A stretch of 64,000 bases of DNA from Acidimicrobiales bacterium (GCA_013003535.1 JABDIY010000097.1:11970-75969), one strand, 5' to 3'; positions 9,488 through 18,939 are shown, counted from the first letter of the stretch. Numbers and translations: made by a program. Notes: generated by a model not told the origin, from the letters alone.

Positions 9488-10203
9488 TGGTGCTGCAATT
9501 CTTCGCCATTTACCGTCTCGTTCTACGCCATCAAATCACCAGAGGTCGCGCGCTCTTGGTCGCAGCTATCAGCGCCGGGGGCATTTTGATCGGTGCGGCG
9601 GTTCTCCGAAATGTCAGCGATCCAACCGATGCCGCAGTGAATTTTGTCTTTGTTCTCGGTCTCGGTCTCACAATTCCAGTGGTATCACTGATGCTGGGGA
9701 GCAGGGCTATGGGCGAGTGGTATGACGACGAAACCCTGGTCTACGTCTGGCTGCGGCCCGTCCCCCGTTCCATAATCGCACTTGCAGCTATTGCCGCAGC
9801 ACTGTCAATTTCGATCCCAGCCAACCTCGTTCCCATGGTGGCAACGGTGTTGGCCGCTGGTGAGACCGGCGGCGGCGTGCTGACCGGAACCATGGCGGCT
9901 ACAACTCTTGTCACGATCCCGTACACAGCAGTATTCGTAGTTCTGGGAATCACGGTAAAAAGACCACTGGCGTTCGGCCTCATCTATGTGTTCATCTGGG
10001 AGTTCTTCATCTCTCGAGGCGCTGAGGGAGCGGCCCGCCTCAGCATCAATAGTTACGGATCCACCATCCTCTCCAACGCCACCGGGATCCCGCTCACCTT
10101 CGCCGATCGCGCCGAGTGGGCCACAACCGCAATTCCCGCTGCGGTCACGATCATCGCCATCGTGTTGGGCACACTTCGACTCCAGCGGATGGAAGTTGCC
10201 TAG
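9484..10203 (+). CDS. ABC-2 type transporter permease (pair 2)
   Basis: 239 aa with about 6 hydrophobic helices. The start overlaps the upstream stop (GTGATG). Confidence 0.65.
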   Translation: MMVLQFFAIYRLVLRHQITRGRALLVAAISAGGILIGAAVLRNVSDPTDAAVNFVFVLGLGLTIPVVSLMLGSRAMGEWYDDETLVYVWLRPVPRSIIALAAIAAALSISIPANLVPMVATVLAAGETGGGVLTGTMAATTLVTIPYTAVFVVLGITVKRPLAFGLIYVFIWEFFISRGAEGAARLSINSYGSTILSNATGIPLTFADRAEWATTAIPAAVTIIAIVLGTLRLQRMEVA

Positions 10204-11515
10204 CCCTGGGTGGATACCCGCCCTCCGAACCGAGTTCGACAGGCCGATCGCAGCCCTGGCATTCCCGGCACTGGGCTCGCTGGTTGCCGAACCCCTGTAT
10301 GTGTTAGCTGACACCGCAGTGGTCGGGCGCATCGGCACGAACGAGTTGGCCGGATTGGCTTTGGCTTCCACGGTCCTCTTGACGGTGCATTCCCTCATGA
10401 TTTTTCTCGCTTACGGGGCCACCGGACCGATCGCCCGGATGATCAGCGCCGGTGATGAGCTGGGCGGCGCCAACCGGGGCGTCCAAGGATTGTGGTTAGC
10501 CGGGATTCTAGGTGTCGGAGCTGCGGTGCTGATGGGCGTGCTGGCCGAACCTTTGCTCGTCCTACTCCAGGCCGACGGCGCAGTCCTCGACGCGGGGTTG
10601 TTGTACTTGCGCCTCTCCCTGCCGGGCTTTCCGTTTCTGCTCCTGGCGATGGCCGCAGCGGGCGTCATGCACGGGCGCCAAGACACCCGCCGACCCCTGG
10701 CCATCGCCGTCACTTCCGCTCTCTTGAACCTCGTGCTCGAGATCTTCTTGGTTTTCGGGCTGGGCTTCGGCCTCGGCGCATCAGCGCTTTCCACCGTTGT
10801 TGCTCAGATCATCAGCGGGTCCTTGTTCGTTGCGCTCGTGGTTCGGTGGGCCCGAGCTACAGGGGCCTCCCCCGCCCCGCAACGAGCTCCAATGCTGAGC
10901 ATCCTGAAGAGCGGTCAAGCGCTGGTCGTCAGGACTGCATCGCTCCGAGGATCGCTCACCCTCGCTGCCGGTGTCGCTTCCTCGATCGGGACTGCGGAAT
11001 TGGCAGCCCACCAGATCGCTTTGCAGGTGTGGTTCACGCTGGCCCTCGCCCTCGATGCTGTCGCAATTGCGGGACAAGCCCTCACGGGCCGCTATCTAGG
11101 CGAAGGAGATACCCGGGTGGCCTGGGCCGCCTCGCGACGAATGATCGAAATCGATCTTTTGGTCGGGGTCGCTTTCGGCGTGTTGGTGGTGGTGTTCCGA
11201 CATCCGATCGCTGAGCTTTTCACCACCGATTCCGCCGTCATCTCGTTCACCGCTTTCATTCTGCTGTTCGTGGCAGCCCAACAACCGATGAACGGTGTGG
11301 TCTTTGCACTTGACGGGATCTTGATAGGTGCCGGCGATCTTTGGTTCCTGGCCAAGTGGATGGTGGTCGCATTCGCAACGTTTAGCGTTGGCGCAGGCAT
11401 CGTACTGGTCACCGGAGCCGGGCTCGGCTGGCTGTGGACCACGATCCTGGCCTTCATGCTGGTTCGGATGGTGCCGTTGCTCCGACGCTGGCGCAGCGGC
11501 GCCTGGCTGGTCTAG
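10196..11515 (+). CDS. MATE family efflux transporter (DinF-like)
   Basis: FPALGSLVAEPLYVLADTAVVGRIGT is the typical MATE N-terminus, and there are about 12 TM helices. ORF 9986-11515 was trimmed to the TTG at 10196, the only canonical start after the upstream gene body, giving about 439 aa. The start is uncertain. Confidence 0.8.
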   Translation: MPSPGWIPALRTEFDRPIAALAFPALGSLVAEPLYVLADTAVVGRIGTNELAGLALASTVLLTVHSLMIFLAYGATGPIARMISAGDELGGANRGVQGLWLAGILGVGAAVLMGVLAEPLLVLLQADGAVLDAGLLYLRLSLPGFPFLLLAMAAAGVMHGRQDTRRPLAIAVTSALLNLVLEIFLVFGLGFGLGASALSTVVAQIISGSLFVALVVRWARATGASPAPQRAPMLSILKSGQALVVRTASLRGSLTLAAGVASSIGTAELAAHQIALQVWFTLALALDAVAIAGQALTGRYLGEGDTRVAWAASRRMIEIDLLVGVAFGVLVVVFRHPIAELFTTDSAVISFTAFILLFVAAQQPMNGVVFALDGILIGAGDLWFLAKWMVVAFATFSVGAGIVLVTGAGLGWLWTTILAFMLVRMVPLLRRWRSGAWLV

Positions 11516-11580
11516 AAACTCCTCGGTGGATCACCCACGAAGCCGTTCGGGGGTAGCCGAGCCGCACTGCCGAACAGGGC

Positions 11581-11982
11581 CTACCGGAGAACGGGAAGAC
11601 CGAAACTGCCGTCGGCATTGGGCGGGAACTCCACGATCCGAATGATGGCCTCAACAGGAATGGGCCCGTACACATGCGGGAACTCGGTGCCCGATCCATA
11701 GCTGTCTTCTATCACCAGAGGAGACGAGATCTGCTGAGGGTCCAAGACCAGCAGTACCAGATCATGGCGGCCCGAGAAGCGCTGATTGGCCGGTGTCAAG
11801 ACTTGATTTTCATACGAGCAATGAACGAACCCCTCCTCAGCCAGAGAAGGTGTGACGATCTCACCGGACTCGCGGGCGGCGCGCAGGTCGTCGGTTCCGA
11901 TGATGTGAAGCAACACGGAGGAAACCGTACCGTGCTGTTCTAGAGTTGCCGTCTCTATGCGTTTGTTTACTCTTGTTTGCAT
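11581..11982 (-). CDS. DUF952-family protein
   Basis: LLHIIGTDDLRAARESGEIVTPSLAEEGFVHCSYENQVLTPANQRF...LLVLDPQQISSPLVIEDS...FPHVYGPIPVEAI matches my memory of DUF952. The 224-aa ORF was trimmed. The true start may be the ATG at 11982 or the GTG near 11913. Confidence 0.65.
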   Translation of the reverse strand: MQTRVNKRIETATLEQHGTVSSVLLHIIGTDDLRAARESGEIVTPSLAEEGFVHCSYENQVLTPANQRFSGRHDLVLLVLDPQQISSPLVIEDSYGSGTEFPHVYGPIPVEAIIRIVEFPPNADGSFGLPVLR

Positions 11983-12127
11983 TGTCTTGGCTTCATGCAC
12001 CTTCCCCGAGCGAGCTTCCGGCATCGACGAACCGTTCACAAACTCCGCTGTATCGCCGTCCAACCCGGCGGAGGTCTGCCGAGAGGGTGCGTCATCTCTG
12101 GAGACCAACAGCGGCTCTGCCTCCGAG

Positions 12128-12481
12128 ATGGTGCTCCTCGCCGTCGCTCGAACCCGCGTGAATGATCTTCGGTGCGGCCCGCCACCCGCGAAGATTCGCG
12201 TATGCAGAGCTCTCTTGGTGCTGTCGGTAATCGACCCTGCCACCAACCTGAACAATCAGGCGGCGCTGGCCCGTGCTCACGATGCGCTCTCATGGGTGCT
12301 GCGAGACGCAGCCTCTGTAGCGGAAGATCCCTCCCTCGTCGCCGCACTGCTACAGCTCGATGACCTCAACCACGATCTGGTAGCGGTCACCGACGACCGA
12401 GGGCGCGCCCATATCGTGCAGCAACGAGCGAGACCGGCGATTCTCGACCCGCTCGATGCGGCATGGAACAAATGTGGGTGA
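12128..12481 (+). CDS. Possible small hypothetical protein (117 aa)
   Basis: This is the internal ATG of ORF 11957-12481. Third-position G+C in 12242-12481 is about two-thirds by hand count, similar to neighbouring genes. There is no recognisable motif, so it could be non-coding. Confidence 0.25.
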   Translation: MVLLAVARTRVNDLRCGPPPAKIRVCRALLVLSVIDPATNLNNQAALARAHDALSWVLRDAASVAEDPSLVAALLQLDDLNHDLVAVTDDRGRAHIVQQRARPAILDPLDAAWNKCG

Positions 12482-12522
12482 TCGGTAGCACCGACCGAGG
12501 ATGCCGTGGGGCCAAACGAGTC

Positions 12523-14190
12523 CTAGGGGACGAAGATGCTGGCGACCACGCCCACCAGTTGGGGGCCTGTCGGCGATGACTCGAAGAACAGCACCATGGA
12601 TCGGGGAGGCTCGCCATCTTCGGGCCCAACCACGGTGACGGCCTGCGTGCCGGCGAAGTAGGTTCCCACCATCTCCTGTTCGAAGCCGTACGGCAAGGCT
12701 GCTCCGGATTGAAGCGCAGGCCCTTGCTCTGTGAGATCCGGAAGGTTCATCAAGGACCGCAGCGAGATGATTGTCTCGGTTTCGCCGAAGGTTGCCTCAG
12801 GTACCCGCCAAGGCTGGGCCTCGGTCCAGAAGGCGGGGTCCACGAGATCGGGACCACCTACGAACGTGGGATCACCGATCCAGCCAACCGCCACCGGCAC
12901 CCGCCGAGAAAGGCTGAGCCCCGAAAGTCCGTCGAATTCCGCGAAGCTGATGCCGAAGACCGCCGATTCGGCGAGGTTCCGCAGTTGTGCTTCATCAAGG
13001 ATGGGCTGCTCAGGGGTCAGGAACGAGCTGTGAACCCAGCCCTCAACGTTGTCGGTGGTTTTCACTCGCCACCAAAAAGAATCACCGACGAGGGCTGGCA
13101 TCCGAGGGAGAAGCTGGATGCCGGAAGTGCCAGAGGGGAGAGTCGCCAAGACTTCGCCCTCGTCGGTGCCGGGGAGATCTCGAATGTTGAGACCTCGGTC
13201 GGAATCGTCCGGACGAATCCGGAACACGCTGTAGGTAGTGGAGTCAGGTACCGAACCCTCGTATCGGATCGGGACAGCCGCAAATGCAGGGATCACGCCA
13301 GAACCGGCATTGTCGCCGTGAGCCACCACGAATGCTTCACCAATTCCTGGTGGAAGCGGGAGTCGAGCTTCGAACGGAACCAGTTCCTCACAGCACCCCG
13401 CCGTGGTGAATGTTGACGCCAGGCGGGTGCCGTCGGTCCTGATCAATTGCACCCCGACCCAGGCTTCGAATGCTGTTCCCCGGCCCGTGACTACGATCTC
13501 TTCACCGTCTTGCCGAACAGATTCGATCTGCATCGTCTTCGATGTTGCCGACACGGCCCTCGTTCCAGTGGAATGTGTTTGGGTTGTCACCTTCGCCAGT
13601 TCAGGAACAGGGCCGCCGCCGTAGTCCAGCTCCTCAGGAGGCAACAGAACTCCGATGGAATCCCTTTCCTCAACCCGGGTCTGGCCCGGCAAACCCAGCA
13701 AGTACAGCAAGGCGCGGCTCGCCTCAGAGACAGACGAGGCAGCCGGTAGCTGTGCAGATTCCAGCACCTGCACCATTGGTTCAGGTGGTTGAGGAGCGGT
13801 GCTGGAAGGCGTCTCGGTTGGCGTAGTGGTGGGCACTACGGGGGTCGATGGCACTGTGGGTGTGGAGGTGGGAACGGTGGTGCTGTTGGCAATCCCACCG
13901 GTCGCCTCGAAATCGCTGCCACCCGACTGGTTAAGCGCGTAAATTCCCGCCCCCGCCGCCACAACAAACATCGCTGCGGCCGCCAACACTCTGGCCCCCA
14001 CTCGCCCGCCCCCTTTGGTGGCGCTGGAGGCCTCCTCGGCGAGGCGGGAGGACAGTGTGAGATAGCTGTTGGCCGCCGGTTCCACTTGGGTGGCGCGTTC
14101 GTTCAGAGCAGAGCGAAGGTTCTCGGCAACCCGTTTTTCAGTGAAGGGATCCAATGACTCATCTTGACCGAAAGGCCTGGGGCCGTTCAT
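12523..14190 (-). CDS. Putative anti-sigma factor / membrane sensor with Gmad2-like Ig and SH3b-like domains
   Basis: Trimmed to the ATG at 14190, which overlaps the sigma-factor stop as ATGA. It has a short cytoplasmic N-terminus, one TM helix (VLAAAAMFVVAAGAGIYAL), a Thr/Pro-rich linker, a Gmad2-like segment (VTGRGTAFEAWVGVQLIRTDG...) and an SH3b-like segment (LNIRDLPGTDEGEVLATLPSG...WWRVKT...EGWVHSSFL). There is no zinc HxxxCxxC motif. Confidence 0.55.
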   Translation of the reverse strand: MNGPRPFGQDESLDPFTEKRVAENLRSALNERATQVEPAANSYLTLSSRLAEEASSATKGGGRVGARVLAAAAMFVVAAGAGIYALNQSGGSDFEATGGIANSTTVPTSTPTVPSTPVVPTTTPTETPSSTAPQPPEPMVQVLESAQLPAASSVSEASRALLYLLGLPGQTRVEERDSIGVLLPPEELDYGGGPVPELAKVTTQTHSTGTRAVSATSKTMQIESVRQDGEEIVVTGRGTAFEAWVGVQLIRTDGTRLASTFTTAGCCEELVPFEARLPLPPGIGEAFVVAHGDNAGSGVIPAFAAVPIRYEGSVPDSTTYSVFRIRPDDSDRGLNIRDLPGTDEGEVLATLPSGTSGIQLLPRMPALVGDSFWWRVKTTDNVEGWVHSSFLTPEQPILDEAQLRNLAESAVFGISFAEFDGLSGLSLSRRVPVAVGWIGDPTFVGGPDLVDPAFWTEAQPWRVPEATFGETETIISLRSLMNLPDLTEQGPALQSGAALPYGFEQEMVGTYFAGTQAVTVVGPEDGEPPRSMVLFFESSPTGPQLVGVVASIFVP

Positions 14191-14753
14191 GCTGCGACCT
14201 CCGGAACGATGGCGGCAAGTTTGGCAAGGCCACGGCTGGCATGGCTCTTCACCGACCCACGGGCAATCCCCAGCGTGTCGGCGATGTCCGCCTCGGAAAG
14301 ATCTAGGAAATAACGCAAGACGAGCACGGCCGTTTGTTGATCGGGCAGTGTTCGCAGGGCCGCAACAATCTCCGAGGACGCGGCGGCAGCAACGCCACCC
14401 ACTTCGGCCGCATCGGCAGGCCGCGGCGCTTCTGGTACGTGATTTCGGCGGACCTTGCGTCTCCGGAGTTGTGATCGCGCTCCGTTGAGAACCATGGATC
14501 GCAGGTACCCACCGGGGTTCGTCTCGATTCGGTAGTTCCCATTCAGCAGTTTGACAAAGGCATCCTGAACCACCTCCTCGGCGGTCTCGATGTCGTCGGT
14601 ATAGAAGCAAGCGAGCTTCACCAGCTTGCGGTAGTGCAGCTCATAAAGCGTCGGAAGGTCCACGAGCGGACCCGTTCCGGCGTCCGCGGAAACTCGCTCA
14701 ACGACCGGGAGTTCCCCTGTTGGAGTGCGTTCGAGACCAGCCATCACCATCAC
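14187..14753 (-). CDS. ECF-type sigma-70 family RNA polymerase sigma factor
   Basis: Region 2 (EEVVQDAFVKLL) and the region 4 HTH (LVLRYFLDLSEADIADTLGIARGSVKSHASRGLAKL). 188 aa. Confidence 0.9.
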   Translation of the reverse strand: MMVMAGLERTPTGELPVVERVSADAGTGPLVDLPTLYELHYRKLVKLACFYTDDIETAEEVVQDAFVKLLNGNYRIETNPGGYLRSMVLNGARSQLRRRKVRRNHVPEAPRPADAAEVGGVAAAASSEIVAALRTLPDQQTAVLVLRYFLDLSEADIADTLGIARGSVKSHASRGLAKLAAIVPEVAA

Positions 14754-14859
14754 CTCATTAGACGCCCCACACCCCTCCCTGGTTTACCAGATCCTGGGTC
14801 AGTTCCATCAAATGACCCATCTGCCTCGTCAGAGGGTCATCGTGTACTCTCAGGCTCCG

Positions 14860-15942
14860 ATGTCTCGAAGGAAGTCTCGAACAACAGCGAGTCCGGTGGT
14901 TGTGGTGGCGGCCGGGCTGGCGTTGGCTGCTGTGCTCAGCGCCTCCGGCTGCGAAACCGGCGATTCCGAGGCCGAAGTCCGGGGCACGATCGTGGAACAG
15001 GCCAGCGACCCGGTTCCCTCGGCACCAAGCACTGCGCTGACCACGACCACGCCCCCCATCACCGCCCCGCCCAGCACAGCTGCGCCAACTACCTCCACCG
15101 CGCCGCTGGTGGCGGCACCGCCGTTCGCTCCGTCCGAAACCGAGATTCTTCAAGACCGGAAGCGACTGGGCGGACAGTTCGCTCAGGCCACCCTGACCTA
15201 CGAACCGGATAGCACGGTCGACGAGCAGCTAGCCAAACTGGTGGATGTCTTCGGTGTGCAACCTTCTGCGGAACTCTCCTCGCTTCTCGCTGAAGCAATG
15301 ACTCCCGGGACCCAGTCGGTGGCCAGCGTCCGGTATGTACAAATGGGCGGCAACCGTCCGGATAGCGCATCGCTGATGGTGTGGGTGGACACCGAGCAGC
15401 TGTCGCCGGAGGGACAACGCTCCAGTGAGTCACGGGTCGTGGACGTTCGGGTCCAACGGGGTCCGGATGGGTTCGTGGTGGACGAGCTGGCCTCCCTAGG
15501 AGGTCCCAAAGTCGAGCGCCCCGACGACCTGGGGGACGTGGCCCGGGCAGTTGTGGATCACCCCGGCATCACCATGGCCGATTCAGCCCGGTGGGACATC
15601 TACGCGGGCCACACCACCGTCACCATGTTGGAGCGGATGTTGCAGATAGCGGAGGAGCACAGTTACAGCGTGCTGGTCCTGAACCGCGGTCACCCCTACA
15701 ACGTGTTCGCCACCAACAGCGTCAGCCGGCACTCGGTTGGGCAAGCGATGGACGTTTATGAAGTCGACGGACAACTGGTCGTTGACAGTCGGTTTGAAGG
15801 ATCGCCGGCCTGGACGTTGAGCAAGAAGCTCTTCGATGCCGGCATTCAAAGCATCGGTAGCCCGTGGGCTTTCGACGGATTCGGCGGCCGATCCTTCACC
15901 GACGACGTGCACCAAGATCACCTTCACATCACCGGCTATTAG
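14860..15942 (+). CDS. Lipoprotein with C-terminal LAS/M15-like zinc peptidase signature
   Basis: Trimmed to MSRRKSRTTASPVVVVAAGLALAAVLSASGC (signal peptide plus lipobox). The C-terminus carries SRHSVGQAMDV (H-x6-D) and HQDHLHI (HxH), as in VanY/DD-peptidase-fold enzymes. Confidence 0.6.
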   Translation: MSRRKSRTTASPVVVVAAGLALAAVLSASGCETGDSEAEVRGTIVEQASDPVPSAPSTALTTTTPPITAPPSTAAPTTSTAPLVAAPPFAPSETEILQDRKRLGGQFAQATLTYEPDSTVDEQLAKLVDVFGVQPSAELSSLLAEAMTPGTQSVASVRYVQMGGNRPDSASLMVWVDTEQLSPEGQRSSESRVVDVRVQRGPDGFVVDELASLGGPKVERPDDLGDVARAVVDHPGITMADSARWDIYAGHTTVTMLERMLQIAEEHSYSVLVLNRGHPYNVFATNSVSRHSVGQAMDVYEVDGQLVVDSRFEGSPAWTLSKKLFDAGIQSIGSPWAFDGFGGRSFTDDVHQDHLHITGY

Positions 15943-16002
15943 CAAGCCGAACGGCCGCTCTCGCATCCCCTGAGCCGGGAGCTTCATCCACCATGGTCGT
16001 GG

Positions 16003-17523
16003 TTGCGGGATGGCCCCACTAGCTTTCCCAGGGTGCGAAAAAACATCGTCATCACCATCTGTGGCCTATTGCTGGCCGTGACGCTCACCACCCCGGTCCA
16101 AGCGCAAACGTCAGGCAAGATGATCGACGCAGTAAACCTGGATCAACTCACGACCGCCGAAGATTTCTACACCGAATACGCCAACGTCCTTCGGTTATAC
16201 GAGGCCTTCTTCGACCGGCCGCCGGACGTGAGTGGCGCGAAATACTGGATACGGCTCTACCGGCAGGCGTATGACCTGGAGGAAATTGCCAGCTCTTTCG
16301 CGGCCAGCGCAGAATTCCGGAACACCTACGGGGCCACCACCAACGAGCAGTTCGTGACCACGGTGTACAACAACGTCCTCGGGCGAGGAGCCGACGGATC
16401 AGGGTTCAACTACTGGCTTGGTCTGCTGAACTCGGGCCAGTTGAACCGCGGCGGGACGGTCCGCTGGATCGCCGCCAGCAACGAATTCGTGAGCGCCAAT
16501 AGATTCGTGGGTGAACTTTCGGCCCGACCGGGTGCGGACCGCGGGATGAAGGTCACCGAGATCAACAGCTTCGTGGGGACCGACGACTTCCGGAACTACT
16601 CGTCCTCCAACACCGCCGCCTGGGCCACCTACACAAAAGCCAAGCCGATCACGATTCCCTCCACCCTTGATTCATATCAGCAGCCGACCTACTGGGCGCC
16701 ATCAGACGGTTCGCAGCGACCACTGCTTCTCGTCCTGCATTCCTGGAGTTCCAACTACACCCAGCAGCTCAACATCCCGTTCGCTCGGTGGGCCGACCAG
16801 AACGACTGGGCCATGATCGCCCCCAATTTCCGAGGTGCAAACAACAATCCCGATGCCACCGGCTCGGTGAAAACAACCCAGGACATCAAAGACGCCGTCA
16901 ACTTCGCGCTGGCCAATGACAGTATCGATCCCACCAAAGTCTTCATGATCGGTTTCTCCGGAGGCGCTATGGCGAGTCTCAACATGGCGGGCCGGGCGCC
17001 CGAAATGTTCGCCGGTGCCGTGGCCTGGGTGCCCGTCTACAACATGGTGGACTTCTACCTCCACCGTCTCACGGTGCCACGTCGTCACTACCGAACCCAA
17101 CTGATCAACTCCTGCGGAGGTGAGCCATTGCCCGGTACCGCAGCGGGTGATGAATGTTTCCGACGAAGCCCGATCAACACCATCGCCAACGCAAAGGCGT
17201 CAGGGATTCCCATCTACATCGGGGCCGGAATCCGCGATGTTCTCGTAGGAACCTCACCGGCATTCAAGGCCTTCGACGCCTTGGCCGCTCCCGAAGATCA
17301 ATTCGGTCCCGACGTCTACGCCGCGGTGGACAACAACGTGGTTCCCGCTTCGATCAAGGGAACCTACAGCGGCGATGCATGGTTCGACGGCCAGGACCCG
17401 CCGCTACTCATGAGCCGCGAGTCGGGCAACGTCACTCTGGTGCTCTTCGAAGGAAAACACGAATCCCTCTACGAACCAGGGCTGGAGTGGATGGCCCGTA
17501 CCGCCTGGATCGCCGACCGCTAA
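16003..17523 (+). CDS. Secreted DUF4214-domain protein fused to an alpha/beta (S9/esterase-like) hydrolase
   Basis: Signal-like IVITICGLLLAVTLTTPVQAQT. DUF4214-like FVTTVYNNVLGRGADGSGFNYWLGLLNSG...WIAASNEF. Nucleophile elbow GFSGGAMAS in the C-terminal half. Confidence 0.65.
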   Translation: MRDGPTSFPRVRKNIVITICGLLLAVTLTTPVQAQTSGKMIDAVNLDQLTTAEDFYTEYANVLRLYEAFFDRPPDVSGAKYWIRLYRQAYDLEEIASSFAASAEFRNTYGATTNEQFVTTVYNNVLGRGADGSGFNYWLGLLNSGQLNRGGTVRWIAASNEFVSANRFVGELSARPGADRGMKVTEINSFVGTDDFRNYSSSNTAAWATYTKAKPITIPSTLDSYQQPTYWAPSDGSQRPLLLVLHSWSSNYTQQLNIPFARWADQNDWAMIAPNFRGANNNPDATGSVKTTQDIKDAVNFALANDSIDPTKVFMIGFSGGAMASLNMAGRAPEMFAGAVAWVPVYNMVDFYLHRLTVPRRHYRTQLINSCGGEPLPGTAAGDECFRRSPINTIANAKASGIPIYIGAGIRDVLVGTSPAFKAFDALAAPEDQFGPDVYAAVDNNVVPASIKGTYSGDAWFDGQDPPLLMSRESGNVTLVLFEGKHESLYEPGLEWMARTAWIADR

Positions 17524-17535
17524 TGGTGTGGAAGG

Positions 17536-18939
17536 TTAGGGCTTTTTGGCGATGAGAAGCTGGTTGATTTCTCTGCCGTCGGCCTTGCCTTTGGTGGCCT
17601 TCATGATCTGGCCGGTGAAGAAACCTTGCAACTTGGTCTCACCTTCACAAAAGCGCTCCCATTCGTCGGGACTGTCGGCGATGATCTGATCCAAGAGGGC
17701 CTCGAGCTCCCCGACCTCCATAGCTTCAAATCCCATGGAGGCCGCAATGTCCGCAGCTCGACCGCCCTTCTGGCAGAGCTCTCCAAGAACGCTTTTGGCT
17801 TGGGTAGCTGTGAGCTTCCCGTCCGTCTCCATCTTGACCAACTCGGCAAACATGGAAGCATCCAGTACCCCGACAGCATCGGGGTCAATGTTGTTCTGGG
17901 CGTGGGTCAAGGTCTTTTTGGCATCGGCGCCCGCGCCGATCGTGGCGGCCACCAGGGGGCCGAGGCCTCGGGCGATCACCGTGGCGGCCACGTGGGGATC
18001 GGCACCGTCTTCGATCAGCGATGATCGAATCTGAGCTGGGAGCACGGGCATGGACGCCCGGATTTCCTCGATCCAGTCTGGCGACGGATCCATCACCACC
18101 AGGTCGGGATCGGTGAAGTATCGGTAATCCTCGGCCTCCTCCTTGGAGCGCCCGGGCTGGGTTCGACCGGCTTCTTCGTCCCAATGGCGAGTTTCCTGGA
18201 TCGGGGCCTCGCCGTCTTCGTACAGTCTGATGTGACGGGCCACTTCGTAATTGATGGCCCGACCCAGTGATCGGAGCGAGTTCACGTTCTTCACTTCGCA
18301 GCGTGTCCGGAGTTCGGTTGAGCCGACCGGGCGGACCGAAACGTTGGCATCCACCCGCAGAGAACCTTCCTCCATCTTCCCATCCGAGGCGCCGACTGCC
18401 ACCAGGATCGCCCGCAGTTCCGATACATAGGATTTGGCATCCTCGGAGCTTCGGAGATCAGGGTGGCTCACGATCTCGATGAGCGGCACGCCAGCTCGGT
18501 TGTAGTCGACCAGCGAATAGTCGGCCCCGGTGATCCGACCCGACTCGCCAACGTGAGTGGACTTTCCGGTGTCTTCCTCCAGGTGCGCGCGCTCCACCCG
18601 GATCCGCGTGCCCGTGGGGAGATCGATGTAACCGTCGGTGTTCAGCGCCATCTCGTACTGACTGATTTGATAGTCCTTGGGCATGTCTGGGTAGAAGTAA
18701 TTCTTGCGGGCAAACTCACACCGATTGATCGTGCAGTTGAGCGCGAGACCCAGTTTGATCCCCAGCTCCACGGCCTTGCCGTTGACCACCGGCAATGTGC
18801 CGGGAAGGCCAAGACAAACCGGATGCACGTTGGTGTTGGGTTCGCCGCCGAACACGTTGCGAGCTGGCGAGAACATTTTTGATTCCGTGGCCAACTCCGC
18901 GTGCACTTCCAGGCCTATCACCGTTTCCCAGTTGGTCAT
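17536..18939 (-). CDS. gatB: Asp/Glu-tRNA amidotransferase subunit B
   Basis: Trimmed to MTNWETVIGLEVHAELATESKMF, the canonical GatB N-terminus. A C-terminal GatB/YqeY domain is present. Confidence 0.95.
   Translation of the reverse strand: MTNWETVIGLEVHAELATESKMFSPARNVFGGEPNTNVHPVCLGLPGTLPVVNGKAVELGIKLGLALNCTINRCEFARKNYFYPDMPKDYQISQYEMALNTDGYIDLPTGTRIRVERAHLEEDTGKSTHVGESGRITGADYSLVDYNRAGVPLIEIVSHPDLRSSEDAKSYVSELRAILVAVGASDGKMEEGSLRVDANVSVRPVGSTELRTRCEVKNVNSLRSLGRAINYEVARHIRLYEDGEAPIQETRHWDEEAGRTQPGRSKEEAEDYRYFTDPDLVVMDPSPDWIEEIRASMPVLPAQIRSSLIEDGADPHVAATVIARGLGPLVAATIGAGADAKKTLTHAQNNIDPDAVGVLDASMFAELVKMETDGKLTATQAKSVLGELCQKGGRAADIAASMGFEAMEVGELEALLDQIIADSPDEWERFCEGETKLQGFFTGQIMKATKGKADGREINQLLIAKKP

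Noticed and set aside
12523-14610. N-terminally extended versions of many listed ORFs: 12523-14610, 17536-19104, 21339-23513, 44308-45051, 44936-47593, 47503-49221, 60257-61438, 7551-, 8384-, 9986-, 38039- and 52025-.
   Set aside because: The extensions overlap the coding region of the upstream gene and are Arg/Cys/Pro-rich. Internal starts give canonical N-termini and classic ATGA/GTGA coupling, so the coordinates were trimmed.
14754-14859. An ECF-type autoregulatory promoter (GGAAC ... CGTT-like) upstream of the sigma factor gene.
   Set aside because: GGAAC is present on the minus strand (complement of 14802-14806). No GTT/CGTC-type -10 element lies 16-18 nt downstream. The only CGTCTAA is too close to the start codon.
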